This document shows positions 31,222 to 41,712 of a DNA stretch of 64,000 nucleotides, one piece after another (the first letter of the stretch is position 1; each line of letters opens with the position of its first letter). This DNA comes from Candidatus Poribacteria bacterium (GTDB lineage: Bacteria; Poribacteria; WGA-4E; WGA-3G). The translations under genes were made by a program, and so were the position numbers. The notes under the pieces are model-generated. The model worked only from the letters and a program-made list of their open reading frames with translations. It searched no databases and was not told where the DNA came from. The DNA is taken from positions 1,792,001 to 1,856,000 of the forward strand of contig CAXXLX010000001.1 of assembly GCA_963665235.2 (NCBI GenBank), in the 5' to 3' direction.

Positions 31222-32259
31222 ATGATAAATACTGCTGTTATTGGATACGGATATGCAGGCCGAGCTTTTCACTCCTATCTTGTCGGATTGGCAGATGGGT
31301 TAAATCTTTACGCAATTGCTACACGGAATGCGGAACGCCGCAATGCCGCCCGCGAAGCATATCCAAACACACAGATATATAAAACGATTGGCGAGGTGGT
31401 GGCAGACGATGCAGTTGACCTGGTCGTGTTAGCTACGCCACACGATACGCACGCGGAACTGGCTATTCAAGCGATGGATGCGGGGAAACACCTCGTCACG
31501 GATAAAATCATGGCGATGAATGCTGTAGAGGCAGACGCGATGATTGCTGCCAGCGAACGAAATAACGTCATGCTGAGCGTGTTTCACAACCGCCGATGGG
31601 ATTGGGATTACCTGACAGTCAAAAAGGTTATCGCAGACGGTTTACTCGGCACCCCCTACCTGTTTCAGGTGGCGATTATGCGTTACGGGGCACCGGGCGG
31701 ATGGCGTGGTGTTAAAAGTCAAAGCGGCGGCATTCTCTACGATTGGCCCGCACACTTCGTCGATCAGGCGTTGCAATTCGGTACTGCCCCCGTCGAATCT
31801 GTTTTTTGCGATATTCACTACAACACAAAATGGGACACCGACATCGGCAACTATGGGAATCTGATTATTAAGTTCGCAGACGATGTGCGGTATCAAATTG
31901 AGATTAGCAATCTTTCTAAAGCGGAGAAACCGCGCTGGTATGTTGTCGGGGAATTGGGCGGATTAATCAAGTATGGACTCGACCCACAGGAGGGCCCGAT
32001 GCGAAATGGTGATATCGATTCGGCTGAGCAAGACCCGGCAAACTACGCGAAGGTTTGGACTGAAGCGGGCGGACGAAACCGAGAATTGGTCATTGAGAGC
32101 GTGCGCGGCACCTGGAAATCCTACTATCAGAACATCGCTGATGTTTTGAATAAGGGAGCGGAGCTGGTTGTCAAACCTGAAGAGATGCGCAAAGTTATGC
32201 AGGTATACGATGCAGCGATGCAGTCTGCCGAGACAGGCGAAACGGTGCGGTTAGGTTAA
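31222..32259 (+). CDS. Gfo/Idh/MocA oxidoreductase
   Basis: IGYGYAG, ATPHDTH, FHNRRWD motifs. Confidence 0.9.
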   Translation: MINTAVIGYGYAGRAFHSYLVGLADGLNLYAIATRNAERRNAAREAYPNTQIYKTIGEVVADDAVDLVVLATPHDTHAELAIQAMDAGKHLVTDKIMAMNAVEADAMIAASERNNVMLSVFHNRRWDWDYLTVKKVIADGLLGTPYLFQVAIMRYGAPGGWRGVKSQSGGILYDWPAHFVDQALQFGTAPVESVFCDIHYNTKWDTDIGNYGNLIIKFADDVRYQIEISNLSKAEKPRWYVVGELGGLIKYGLDPQEGPMRNGDIDSAEQDPANYAKVWTEAGGRNRELVIESVRGTWKSYYQNIADVLNKGAELVVKPEEMRKVMQVYDAAMQSAETGETVRLG

Positions 32260-32279
32260 AAAGATAGGAGATTTTAACG

Positions 32280-32585
32280 ATGGCTGAAACAGTAAGAACG
32301 GACATTAAGGGCATTGAGCGGTTTATCTTTGAAGCAGGGGCCGATCGGGAACAGCTGCATCTCCACATTTCGGAGGTGGCCCCTGGGACCCGGGCGCATC
32401 CGCCACACCAGCATGAGGGGCAGGAGATTTTCTATGTCTTTTCTGGTGAAGGTGAGGTGGTTTTTGGGGAGCAGACGCACCATCTCACGGATAATCAAGC
32501 TATCCATGTGGACTGTCGCGTCTTGCATGGTATTCGGAATGTAGGGGAAACACCGCTCCGCTATGCGGTTATTATAGCACGTTAG
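32280..32585 (+). CDS. Cupin domain protein
   Basis: HPPHQHEGQEIFYVFSGEG...HGIRN. Confidence 0.88.
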   Translation: MAETVRTDIKGIERFIFEAGADREQLHLHISEVAPGTRAHPPHQHEGQEIFYVFSGEGEVVFGEQTHHLTDNQAIHVDCRVLHGIRNVGETPLRYAVIIAR

Positions 32586-32693
32586 CGATTAGCAATTAGC
32601 AATTGGCGATTAGCAAGATGTTGTGATTCTAAGCAGGTTTCTGACGCGCTTGCATCTACCTTTTCCTCTTGCCATAAGCCATAAGCCAAAAAG
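32583..32693. repeat. ~110-bp element with heptamer-repeat ends
   Basis: Reverse-complement homolog of 60487-60597 and 60705-60826. Confidence 0.6.
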
Positions 32694-32754
32694 CAATGAA
32701 TGGTTTCCCTACTACGAACGCGGCTGTGTAGTATGAGGAGCGTTGCCCTGTATG

Positions 32755-33186
32755 CTATTCAACGGGTTCCGTTTGCGGGTTTTTGAGCAATTCTACAATT
32801 CCGTAAAGACCGCCTATAACTAGGAAAATGCCAATCCCGGCTACACCTCGCCGCACCCAAACAGGATGCAGGATTTGTGAGACACCGAGCAATGAAAGCG
32901 GTTGTAGCAGCTTAGATACGCCGATATTGACATAAAACGCGCCGTAAGCGATTAGGCACAATTCACTGAGAAACCGCTGTTTGAAAGGGTTTACGGGCAT
33001 GCCAAATAGGTTAATCAGGTAATCCCCAGAGAGAATGAGGGTTACCCCAATGACAACAAAGGTGAAAGGGACAGCAATTAGCTGTGTGGATTTCCAAAGC
33101 ATGACAGCTAGGAGTACACTGACAGCCCCTAAGATAAGACTAATTACGCCTTGAAAGATTTGAAGTGCTCTGCTTTTTTCTATCAT
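32755..33186 (-). CDS. Small membrane protein (about 4 TM helices)
   Basis: Hydrophobic segments; TAATG coupling to the upstream gene. Confidence 0.7.
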   Translation of the reverse strand: MIEKSRALQIFQGVISLILGAVSVLLAVMLWKSTQLIAVPFTFVVIGVTLILSGDYLINLFGMPVNPFKQRFLSELCLIAYGAFYVNIGVSKLLQPLSLLGVSQILHPVWVRRGVAGIGIFLVIGGLYGIVELLKNPQTEPVE

Positions 33187-34292
33187 TAGAATGAATATAT
33201 CGCTGTTAGGGAAATTAATGGCCCGAATTCAAAAGCGTCCCTTTCTTCATACCGACCCTCTAAAAAGGCATCGGTGTTATCGTAGAGCATCTCCTGTTGC
33301 AAAGGCAACATAACCGTAATGGCTATTGGGAGGCTGTAAGGGGTTGCAATAACCGTTCCAAGTGATGCCATGCTGTAACGGAGTCCGGTATTGAAGTCAA
33401 GTTCACCATCCCAATAAGCATAGTGTTGATAAAATCCGAGGTAGCTCGCTTGAAATAAAAACCATTTGTTGAGGCGATAATTCAACCCGGCTGTGTAGGT
33501 GATTTCCCTAGAGCCTCGGTAGGTTTTGCTATTCTCATAGAACGGTAATTTCGTTCGGATGCTCATATTCGCGCCCAATCCGTTGTAGAGGGGCAGGCTA
33601 TAATGCAGGTCAGCGATAGGGTTGAAAGTGCCTGTCCCAAATTGGATATGGAGATGTTTAAGCCCCGCATCGCCTAATTTCCAGGGGTCTTCCTCCGTTT
33701 TTCCTGTGGGAATTGTGGTGCCGATGCGGCCTAACAAAAAATCACTCTTCCTGAAAATTCCGTGTAAATGATGTCCTATCAATACATCCAAATCGGTGGG
33801 GCCGGTGTAGGTTTCACTCCGATGATGATTATGGCGATTGCGGAGGATAGCTTGCCACTGTTCATCTGTGACCGCTTCAATCTTCTCAATAGTCGCCTCC
33901 TGCGCTTTAACTTCGTAAGGGATGTTCAATTCAAGCACAAAACGGGGGCCGAAGTAGTATTTTAATCCTAAGTCCACGCGATAGATGTTCAACGTCACGT
34001 GATGCCGATGGAGTGGGACAGTTTTCACGGTCGGTTTTCCATTTCCATCTAGGAAAATGCCTTTTGTTTCAAGGTGTCCGCCTTGTGCGTCGAACCATCG
34101 CATGGTACTGAAAGCGATCTGAAATTTTTTTGCTTCTGAAGCCAAACTGGATTCACCTATCCCGCCTCGTGGGATTGCGGGATTGCTTCACCCACCTCAA
34201 CCTTCTTGGGCAAATACACCGCTGTGTAAAATGCCGAATGTAAGCAAAATAAGTTGTAAGACAAGTATTGCGTAGAAGTTTCGGATTTTCAT
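33186..34292 (-). CDS. Secreted/outer-membrane beta-barrel-like protein, candidate selenoprotein with U32-G-G-U35
   Basis: ATG at 34292 is in frame with the listed ORF; signal peptide ...GVFA|QEG; TGA at 34197-34199 and 34188-34190; PTG and QFGTG motifs; terminal YSF. Confidence 0.7.
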
Positions 34293-34339
34293 GGTGTTTT
34301 TGTGTGCTCCTGTTTTTAGCGACACGCGGCGTGTGCCTG

Positions 34340-35281
34340 CTACTTTTCTGTCTCTAGATTTAGCCATGCCATTTCGTCATCAGAGAGGTCAAGCGTTAGC
34401 GCGCCTAGGGATGAGTGCATCTCATCTAGGGTCACCGGGCCGATAATCGGAAAAATGGGGAACGGGAGTTTTGCGCAGTAAGCAAGCGAAACCTGTATAG
34501 GAGAATAACCGTATTTTTCTGCCAGCTGTTTTGCGCGTGTAAGTCTTTCAAAGTTATCATCGTTATAATAGACCCGCACCATGGCCCCGTTGCTTCGATC
34601 ATCTTGGGTGAATGCACCGCTGAAGAAGCCGCGGGCTTGCGAGGACCACGGCATCAATGGGAATTGGCTCTCCTGATGCCATTGGCGTGCGGCATCGTCA
34701 ACACAGACACACCCGCCCCACATCGGTTCCATCGGTACAGCGAGGCTGATATTGTTGCTACACGCCACAAATCCGCTTAACCCGTTTTCGGTGGCATAGG
34801 CGTTGGCTTCGACAATGCGCTGCGGATACCAGTTAGAGGCGGCAATCGCTCGGATACGTCCGGCAGTTATTTCTTCGTTTAAGTAATCGATGATAGTGCT
34901 AACAGGGATGTTCGGGTCGTCTCGATGGAGCATATAAAGGTCTATGTAGTCGGTTTGGAGTCGGTCGAGACTTTCGTCAAGGTCTTTTTTTACTTGTTCT
35001 GGGGCAAGGCGGGGCCCCGGTATTCCACCTTGTGGGTGTCCGCCTTTATCTATCAAGATGACCTCATCTCTGTTTTTGCGTTGTTGCATCCATATTCCGA
35101 TGAACTTTTCACTACCCCCTCCAGCATAGATATGTGCTGAGTCGAGGATATTTCCGCCTGCATCAAAGAAAGCGTCGAGCATTTCGGCACCGAAGTCGAA
35201 TTTGTCCGGTGAAAATATCATGGTCCCTAGAATCAATTGTGAAATATCTCGGTTGAATCCAGGAATTTTTATCCGCTTCAT
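34340..35281 (-). CDS. Aldo/keto reductase
   Basis: LDSAHIY, SLDRLQTDYIDLYMLHRD; start placed at MKRIKIPG. Confidence 0.9.
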   Translation of the reverse strand: MKRIKIPGFNRDISQLILGTMIFSPDKFDFGAEMLDAFFDAGGNILDSAHIYAGGGSEKFIGIWMQQRKNRDEVILIDKGGHPQGGIPGPRLAPEQVKKDLDESLDRLQTDYIDLYMLHRDDPNIPVSTIIDYLNEEITAGRIRAIAASNWYPQRIVEANAYATENGLSGFVACSNNISLAVPMEPMWGGCVCVDDAARQWHQESQFPLMPWSSQARGFFSGAFTQDDRSNGAMVRVYYNDDNFERLTRAKQLAEKYGYSPIQVSLAYCAKLPFPIFPIIGPVTLDEMHSSLGALTLDLSDDEMAWLNLETEK

Positions 35282-35551
35282 GAAACATTTTTCCTTCTGT
35301 GTAGCCTCAAGCCGCTGCTTAAAACCCACCGTTTTTTCTTTTTTATATTTCGGCACGCGTGCTTTGTGCATGCCATCTTTAAGAAATTATATCACAAAGG
35401 CCGTGAAAAGTCCAGATTAAATTTTCGATGAATGGAAGGAGGGAAGATTGGAAGAAGTGAATGGGGGATGAGGCACGTTTAGATAGGCTGACGGTGTAGG
35501 CGCGATTGCGAAGTACGCCTACACTGTCAGGGGACAGCACGTTTGCACAGG

Positions 35552-36511
35552 TTATATCTGATTTCGATAAATCGCTTCAACCAGCTCCATTGTCTTGATT
35601 GCATCGGCAAAGCAGGTTGACGGCTCCTGGTCTTGCAGGATAGACTCAACAAAATGACGGGTTTCGCCATAAAATCCGTAGGTTTTGTACGTTTTATCGG
35701 AATCAGCGGCGGACTCTGGTGTGATTTGGGTTGTGCCTTCGGGTGTGTGGACCGTTGCACCTTTACCAGCATCCGGGTTGATATAGGCGGAAATGCCGCG
35801 CGCGTGCATCTCAAACGTATGAATGCGTGTACCAACTGCCCAATTGGTACAGAGATAGCCGGATGCGCCGCTTGTGAATTTGACAATTGCGTTGAAACTG
35901 TTCTCTCGCTCCGAATAGAATCGGTTGACATCGCTTGCGACAGCCTTCACCTCTCCGCCGCCGAGCCATCGGAGCGCGTCCACAGCGTGAATTGCATCAC
36001 ACGTCAAGACATCTATGACCCCATCGTAATAGAGTGCATTCGGTGCGTTTTTGTGGAAGGTGGCCATGCACTGGAGAATGGGCCCGTTTTCTTCAACTAT
36101 CGCCTTAACCTTTTGTAGGAGCGGTATGAAGCGGCGGTTGAAACCTACCATCGTTTTGCAGCCATGTTTTTCGGCAGCTAACGCCATCTCCGTGGTTTGA
36201 TGCCGCGTTATGCCGGGCGGTTTCTCGATAAAAACGTGGCACTGCTGTGAGAGACAGTGGATAACAAGCGGAAATAGGTGTTGTGGCGGCATCAAGATAT
36301 AGACAGCCTCCGGAGCGGTTTTCTCCAGCATCTTCCGATAGTCGGTGAAGGTCTGTTCTATCTCAAACTTTTCTGCGGTAACGTGAAGTTTTGACTCTAC
36401 CAAATCACACAAACCGACAAGGTTCACGTCTTCAGATTCGGCGAGCGAAGGGTAATGGACACTGTTTGCCATACCCCCTGCTCCGATTAAGGCGATATTA
36501 ACTTTTTTCAT
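35552..36511 (-). CDS. Gfo/Idh/MocA oxidoreductase
   Basis: IGAGGMA, FIEKPP, GFNRRF motifs. Confidence 0.9.
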   Translation of the reverse strand: MKKVNIALIGAGGMANSVHYPSLAESEDVNLVGLCDLVESKLHVTAEKFEIEQTFTDYRKMLEKTAPEAVYILMPPQHLFPLVIHCLSQQCHVFIEKPPGITRHQTTEMALAAEKHGCKTMVGFNRRFIPLLQKVKAIVEENGPILQCMATFHKNAPNALYYDGVIDVLTCDAIHAVDALRWLGGGEVKAVASDVNRFYSERENSFNAIVKFTSGASGYLCTNWAVGTRIHTFEMHARGISAYINPDAGKGATVHTPEGTTQITPESAADSDKTYKTYGFYGETRHFVESILQDQEPSTCFADAIKTMELVEAIYRNQI

Positions 36512-36724
36512 CTAGAATCCTCCTAACGGTTCTTTTCTCTTGCATATTATAACTTAAGTTTTGGAAAGAAGGTTTGAGATGAATGTCCGCTCTTTTGGTC
36601 TGAAGCATGAGGGGTTTGAAAGTTTGAAAAATAAATTTGACTTTTTCCCGCAAATGTCCTATAATTTCTTAGGATTTATGCAAGTGTGCGATAAATCGTT
36701 ACGTTAGCAACTTAAGACATTTAA

Positions 36725-36862
36725 CAGGACTTACGCAAATTTATCAGAAACCTCAGTATTCGGGCAAGCAGCCCGCTCTTAAGGGCGGGGTCTCCCCGCC
36801 CGCTATGTCTCGCTCTATATCCTACTATCATTAGGGTTTATCAACGCGCTGCGTAAGTCCTG
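36725..36862. mobile_element. MITE family D
   Basis: CAGGACTTACGCA TIRs; ATTTAA direct repeat on both flanks. Confidence 0.8.
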
Positions 36863-37217
36863 ATTTAATTCATAAATTTCGAGAGTGTAACGATTTATAG
36901 TAGCACAATTCATTGCGTAAACCCTAATGGAATCACGCTTTAAAGCGATCAGCTGATTCACATTTTGGTGAAGTAGGTCATTGATCTTTAGAGAGTACCG
37001 ACTCTGTTCGCCAGAGGATCGCCGAGTCCTCAAAAAATGAGGGTGCATTTATAATGCTTTGAGAGTACCGACTCTACCTCCAAGCGACTAACAATTAAGA
37101 GGGGGAAACAATCATCCCCCTCTTACATCATATAGAACTTACGCATATCCCCCTGGCTCTGATAAGGCGGGATAAAAGGAGTTAAAATCCTATTAAACCC
37201 GAAAAATATAGATATAA

Positions 37218-37463
37218 TACCATTTCTAATTGAAAATGTTTCTTTATCGTAGCACTTAAACTTCCAGTTTGTGCGTTTTATCGTAGCATAAACTTCCAGT
37301 TTGTGCTCTTTATTGTAGCATAAACTTCCAGTTTGTGCTCTTTATTGTAGCATAAACTTCCAGTTTGTGCTCTTTATTGTAGCATAAACTTCCAGTTTGG
37401 GTCTTCCGTTCTCCGTTTCATTTCTAACAACCGGTAATGATAGAATAATTAATAAAAATGGTA
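37218..37463. mobile_element. MITE family A (reverse orientation) with 5 REP units
   Basis: TAA|TACCATTT...AAATGGTA|TAA; 32-bp units containing GTAGCATAAACTTCCAGTTTGTGC. Confidence 0.85.
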
Positions 37464-37499
37464 TAACCTGAATCTGCGTAGGGCCTAAACGACAATACC

Positions 37500-39089
37500 A
37501 TGAACACCGACCCAATCAAACTCGAACTTTACAAAAATATGCTAACCTCTGTTGCGGAGGAGATGGGTGTGACGCTACAACGCACCGCCTTCTCGCCTAA
37601 CATCAAAGAGCGGCTGGATTTCTCATGCGCTGTATTTGATGGCACAGGACAGATGGTCGCACAAGCTGCCCACATCCCCGTACATCTCGGCTCTATGCCC
37701 CTCTCCGTTTTAGCAGCGATTGAACATACCTCTATGACACCGGGGGATATGATCGCGCTCAATGACCCGTACCGAGGCGGAACGCATCTCCCCGATATTA
37801 CGCTCGTTGCCCCTGTTTTCGGAGATGCATCGGCAAGTTCACCGACCTTTTTTGTTGCGAACCGCGCACATCACGCCGATGTCGGGGGGATGACCCCCGG
37901 TTCAATGCCCTTGGCAACGAGTGTGATTCAGGAAGGTATCCGTATTCCACCTGTCAAACTTATCCGTGGCGGAGAATTGGACACCGACCTCTGGGAACTC
38001 ATTCTCGCGAACGTCCGCACCCCGGAGGAACGCAGTGGCGATATAGAGGCACAACTCGCCGCGAATCGTATCGGTGAACGCCGGCTAACGGAAATGGTAA
38101 CCAAATACGGCACTACAGAAATTGAGACGTATATGCAAGAACTGTGTGCGTACAGTAGCCGGATGGTCCGCGCGTTCCTGCAAGAAATTCCGGATGGGGT
38201 TTACGAATACACAGATTTTTTAGATAATGACGGTATTACCGATGCCCCCGTTGAAATTCGGGTAGCTATCCGTATCAAATCGGATACGGCGGTAGTCGAT
38301 TTTACTGGCACTGCCGAGCAGGTGCGCGGCTCTGTGAATGCCATTTACGCCATCACGCTCTCTGCGGTTTTTTATACCTTCCGCTGCGTTGCAGGCATGG
38401 ATATCCCTGCCAACGCTGGATGCTTGGAGCCGATTCAGGTTATCGCGCCGGAGGGCACTGTGGTCAACGCGAAATTTCCGGCAGCAGTTGCTGGTGGAAA
38501 CGTTGAAACCTCCCAGCGAATTGTGGACGTGCTGCTCGGTGCACTATCGGTAGCATGTCCGGAAAGAATTCCGGCGGCCAGCTGCGGCTCTATGAATAAC
38601 GTGACAGTTGGAGGTTATGACGCGGGGCGGGGAAGGGATTTTACGTATTACGAAACCATCGCCGGGGGCATGGGTGCGCGGCCCTCCTCTGATGGTATCC
38701 ATGCCATCCACACCCACATGACCAATACGATGAATACCCCCATAGAAGCAATTGAGACAAGTTATCCGATGCAGGTAGTGCAGTACGCAATTCGCCGTGG
38801 CACAGGTGGGGCAGGTGAATTCCGAGGTGGTGACGGGGTTGTCCGCTCTCTGCGGTTTCTCACCGATGCAGAGGTTACCCTCCTGTCAGAACGACGCGAA
38901 CGGGGACCTTACGGTTTGCAAGGTGGTGCAGCAGGAACACCCGGACAGAATGTGCTGCTTCGTGCTGGCGAGGAACACCCACTCCCCGGAAAGGTGACGG
39001 TTTCTGTGCATGAAGGTGATGTCGTTCAGATTGAAACGCCGGGGGGTGGGGGTTATGGGAAAACCTCTGCGATGCCTGACAAAAAATGA
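37500..39089 (+). CDS. Hydantoinase B / 5-oxoprolinase family protein
   Basis: SPNIKERLDFSCA, HIPVHLGSM, NDPYRGGTHLPD, ETPGGGGYG motifs. Confidence 0.93.
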   Translation: MNTDPIKLELYKNMLTSVAEEMGVTLQRTAFSPNIKERLDFSCAVFDGTGQMVAQAAHIPVHLGSMPLSVLAAIEHTSMTPGDMIALNDPYRGGTHLPDITLVAPVFGDASASSPTFFVANRAHHADVGGMTPGSMPLATSVIQEGIRIPPVKLIRGGELDTDLWELILANVRTPEERSGDIEAQLAANRIGERRLTEMVTKYGTTEIETYMQELCAYSSRMVRAFLQEIPDGVYEYTDFLDNDGITDAPVEIRVAIRIKSDTAVVDFTGTAEQVRGSVNAIYAITLSAVFYTFRCVAGMDIPANAGCLEPIQVIAPEGTVVNAKFPAAVAGGNVETSQRIVDVLLGALSVACPERIPAASCGSMNNVTVGGYDAGRGRDFTYYETIAGGMGARPSSDGIHAIHTHMTNTMNTPIEAIETSYPMQVVQYAIRRGTGGAGEFRGGDGVVRSLRFLTDAEVTLLSERRERGPYGLQGGAAGTPGQNVLLRAGEEHPLPGKVTVSVHEGDVVQIETPGGGGYGKTSAMPDKK

Positions 39090-39161
39090 AGCCGATGAGA
39101 GGATTTGAACCTCCGACCTACTGATTACGAATCAGTTGCTCTTCCACTGAGCTACACCGGC
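39090..39161 (-). tRNA. tRNA-Thr(CGT)
   Basis: Cloverleaf; anticodon arm CTGAT-TCGTA-ATCAG; T-loop GTTCAAAT. Confidence 0.93.
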
Positions 39162-39191
39162 ACTGGACTATAAAACGTTGCAATAGAAAAA

Positions 39192-39264
39192 TGCCGAGAG
39201 GCAGAATCGAACTGCCGACACGTAGATTTTCAGTCTACTGCTCTACCGACTGAGCTATCTCGGC
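39192..39264 (-). tRNA. tRNA-Phe(GAA)
   Basis: GCCGAGATAGCTCAG...GTAGA-CTGAAAA-TCTAC...GTTCGATT. Confidence 0.93.
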
Positions 39265-39332
39265 ACGAAAATAACTAATATTATTATAATACCACAAAAT
39301 TAAACCGTTGTCAAGTTTTTTTGCAGAAAAAT

Positions 39333-40292
39333 TTACTCTTTTTCGGGCCAGATGTCGATTTCCTTGTAAAAACGGATGGCACCGGGGTGAAAAGGTGTAC
39401 CTGTATCCTTGATAACATTTTTTGGGTGGATGGCTTTCCCAGCAGCATGTCGCTCGACAACCTCCGCGCGGTGTGTATACAAGGTCTTCGTAAATTCATA
39501 AACCATGCTCTCATCCGCTGTCTCGGCGGTGATGAGATGCATCGCACCGACGTTCATACTCGCGAACGGCTCCGTCTGCCCTTTATAGGTATTCGCGGGG
39601 ATAGTTATCGGATTAAAAAAGGGATACTTTTCGAAAAGGGTCTGTTTTGCCGCTTCATCGAACGGAACGAAAAAGATGTCTTGAGACGTGCTGGCTTGCG
39701 TAGCCGCGGGTGTCGGAATTGCCCCCCCGACGAATGCAGCGGCAGCGGTACCATCGGCTAACTGAGAGACCGCCCCGACATAAGTGCTGTTAATCGGTGT
39801 GAAATCGTCGTAGGTCACACCGTGGGCTGCTAATATCGGTTTAAGGAAATACTCAAAACCTGCCCCTGACGGCCCAACGACAATCCGTTTTCCTGCGAAA
39901 TCTTGAATTGTACGAATCTCGGTGGACTGTGGTGTAAGAAACAGGCCGACATTAGGTGCAAGCGTCATGACGGTCCGGATAGCGTGTTCGGTTTCCCACG
40001 CGCCTTCGCCGCGCACCGCAAAATAGGAGATTGCGGCGTTAGCGAGTGCAAACTCCAATTCACCACGGACGATGCGGCGGATATTTTCCTGCGTGCCTTT
40101 AGTGGCTTCGGCAGTCACCGTCCAGTTCTCCTCTGGAACGTTACCGTTGACGACCTCGGCGATTGCGGAGCCGACAACAAAAAATGCACCTCCGGCAGGG
40201 GCCGTGCCGACGCTAATGTGGCGGCGTTTCGAATCGCACCCTACGGCGAAGATAATACAGATAATAGCAAAGTAGGACATAATCGATTTCAT
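39333..40292 (-). CDS. TAXI-family TRAP transporter solute-binding lipoprotein
   Basis: Lipobox AVGC; GTAPAGG, ATKGTQEN, PFHPGA motifs. Confidence 0.9.
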   Translation of the reverse strand: MKSIMSYFAIICIIFAVGCDSKRRHISVGTAPAGGAFFVVGSAIAEVVNGNVPEENWTVTAEATKGTQENIRRIVRGELEFALANAAISYFAVRGEGAWETEHAIRTVMTLAPNVGLFLTPQSTEIRTIQDFAGKRIVVGPSGAGFEYFLKPILAAHGVTYDDFTPINSTYVGAVSQLADGTAAAAFVGGAIPTPAATQASTSQDIFFVPFDEAAKQTLFEKYPFFNPITIPANTYKGQTEPFASMNVGAMHLITAETADESMVYEFTKTLYTHRAEVVERHAAGKAIHPKNVIKDTGTPFHPGAIRFYKEIDIWPEKE

Positions 40293-40331
40293 AAATAGTC
40301 TCCTTCTGTTTAGAGATGGTGGATATGTTGA

Positions 40332-41618
40332 TTAACTGAGCGGCACTTCAGGTGGAAGCGGGCACATCTCTGCCATCGCTGGGAAGATGTGCGTTACATC
40401 TCTCCGAAACACATCGCCGCTTAAAATATCAACGATGCCTCCCTGATGCTCCGGGTATTGCGACAAAAACCGCGCAAAACTGAATTCCTTTGTATAAAAA
40501 GCATAGACAAGTTTCCGAAACGCCTCCATCCCCTTTACAAACGCCGGACCGAAACTGCCTAGCTGTGCTTCAGAAAAATCTGTTTTTTCAAACGCTTCCA
40601 CAATTGTATCGGCTGCCATCTCACCCGATTTAAGAGCTAAAAACAGACCCGTTGAATAAACTGGGTCTAAAAATCCGAACGCATCCCCTACCAAAACCCA
40701 GTGTTGCCCGGCAATTCGGCTTGCACGATAGGAGAAGTCCTTGGTTGTTTGAATCGGGAAGAGCTGCTTTGCCCCTTCAAGCCGTTGCTTCAAAGGCTGG
40801 CATTTCTCTAATTCCTCGTTAAAAATCTTCTGTGTGTTCAGTTTGCCGTTCCCTTCTCTTCGGTTTTGGAGCAGATAGTTCAACTCGCCGACAACCCCGA
40901 TGCTGGTACGATTGTACGGCAGCGGAATTGACCAGAACCAGGAATCTTTCATTTCGGTATGCATAATGAGCGTCGCGCCTTCGTCAAGTCCGGTGTCCCG
41001 ATGTCCGCCTTCGTAATGTGTAAAGAGCGATGCCATCTTCAGGTTAGGTTCCGTTGTGTTCAGGTTCAGCTGTCTTCCGATGAGTGAACGTTGACCTGTG
41101 GAATCCACGATAACAGTGCCGTGTAATGTTTCAAGGGAATCATTTTTTCCGTTTTGTGTGGCAACCCCGACTGCCTTATCTCCATCAAAAAGCACTTTGC
41201 GGACACTGACCCCTCGGCGGACCTCTACGCCTTTCTCTATTGCATTGTCCAGAAGCATCTGGTCAAATTCGCTCCGCAACACCTGCCATGTGACAGCACT
41301 TTCATGCGGGTTGGTTTCAAAGAAGTAGAACGGCATGGAGGCTTTACCGGTGCGTGAATAGAACTGTACACTGAACTTCTGTGGAAAATGGCTCGCTTGC
41401 AGTTTGTCGAGCATACCGAGTCGTTTGAAGGTCCAGTATGTAGCGGGAATTAGCGATTCGCCTATTTTGAAACTGGGTTCGGATTCCCGTTCGAGGAGCA
41501 GGACGCGGTGGCCGTGCTGTGCAACCAGTGTTGCAACAGTGCTGCCAGCGGGCCCGCCCCCGATAACGATGATGTCGTAGTTTTGATGTTTGTTCATTTC
41601 GTTATTACTGTTTTTCAC
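40332..41618 (-). CDS. FAD-dependent oxidoreductase, flavin-dependent halogenase-like
   Basis: GGGPAG, IGESL, WFWSIP (WxWxIP), GDAFGFLDPVYSTG. Confidence 0.85.
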   Translation of the reverse strand: MKNSNNEMNKHQNYDIIVIGGGPAGSTVATLVAQHGHRVLLLERESEPSFKIGESLIPATYWTFKRLGMLDKLQASHFPQKFSVQFYSRTGKASMPFYFFETNPHESAVTWQVLRSEFDQMLLDNAIEKGVEVRRGVSVRKVLFDGDKAVGVATQNGKNDSLETLHGTVIVDSTGQRSLIGRQLNLNTTEPNLKMASLFTHYEGGHRDTGLDEGATLIMHTEMKDSWFWSIPLPYNRTSIGVVGELNYLLQNRREGNGKLNTQKIFNEELEKCQPLKQRLEGAKQLFPIQTTKDFSYRASRIAGQHWVLVGDAFGFLDPVYSTGLFLALKSGEMAADTIVEAFEKTDFSEAQLGSFGPAFVKGMEAFRKLVYAFYTKEFSFARFLSQYPEHQGGIVDILSGDVFRRDVTHIFPAMAEMCPLPPEVPLS

Positions 41619-41712
41619 TAAGTTGTTAAAGTGGTGAAATCGAAAAATTTTCTTACAACAATTATAACATAGAGGTTGTAGTGCACGTTTCCATTATAAC
41701 ACAATTTATTTA

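Noticed and set aside
34188-34199. Genome-wide UGA reassignment (code 4/25)
   Set aside because: Many genes in the window end properly at TGA (e.g. 18195, 39089, 59505)
35633-36118. Long antisense ORFs (also 56117-56632, 22003-22461, 53302-53781)
   Set aside because: Shadows of well-supported genes on the opposite strand; no recognisable motifs
36990-37075. Two GAGAGTACCGACTCT repeats as a mini-CRISPR or operator
   Set aside because: Only two 15-bp copies; insufficient support
39090-39264. tRNA integration site for the defence island
   Set aside because: No integrase and no duplicated tRNA 3' end seen; the island ends about 9 kb away
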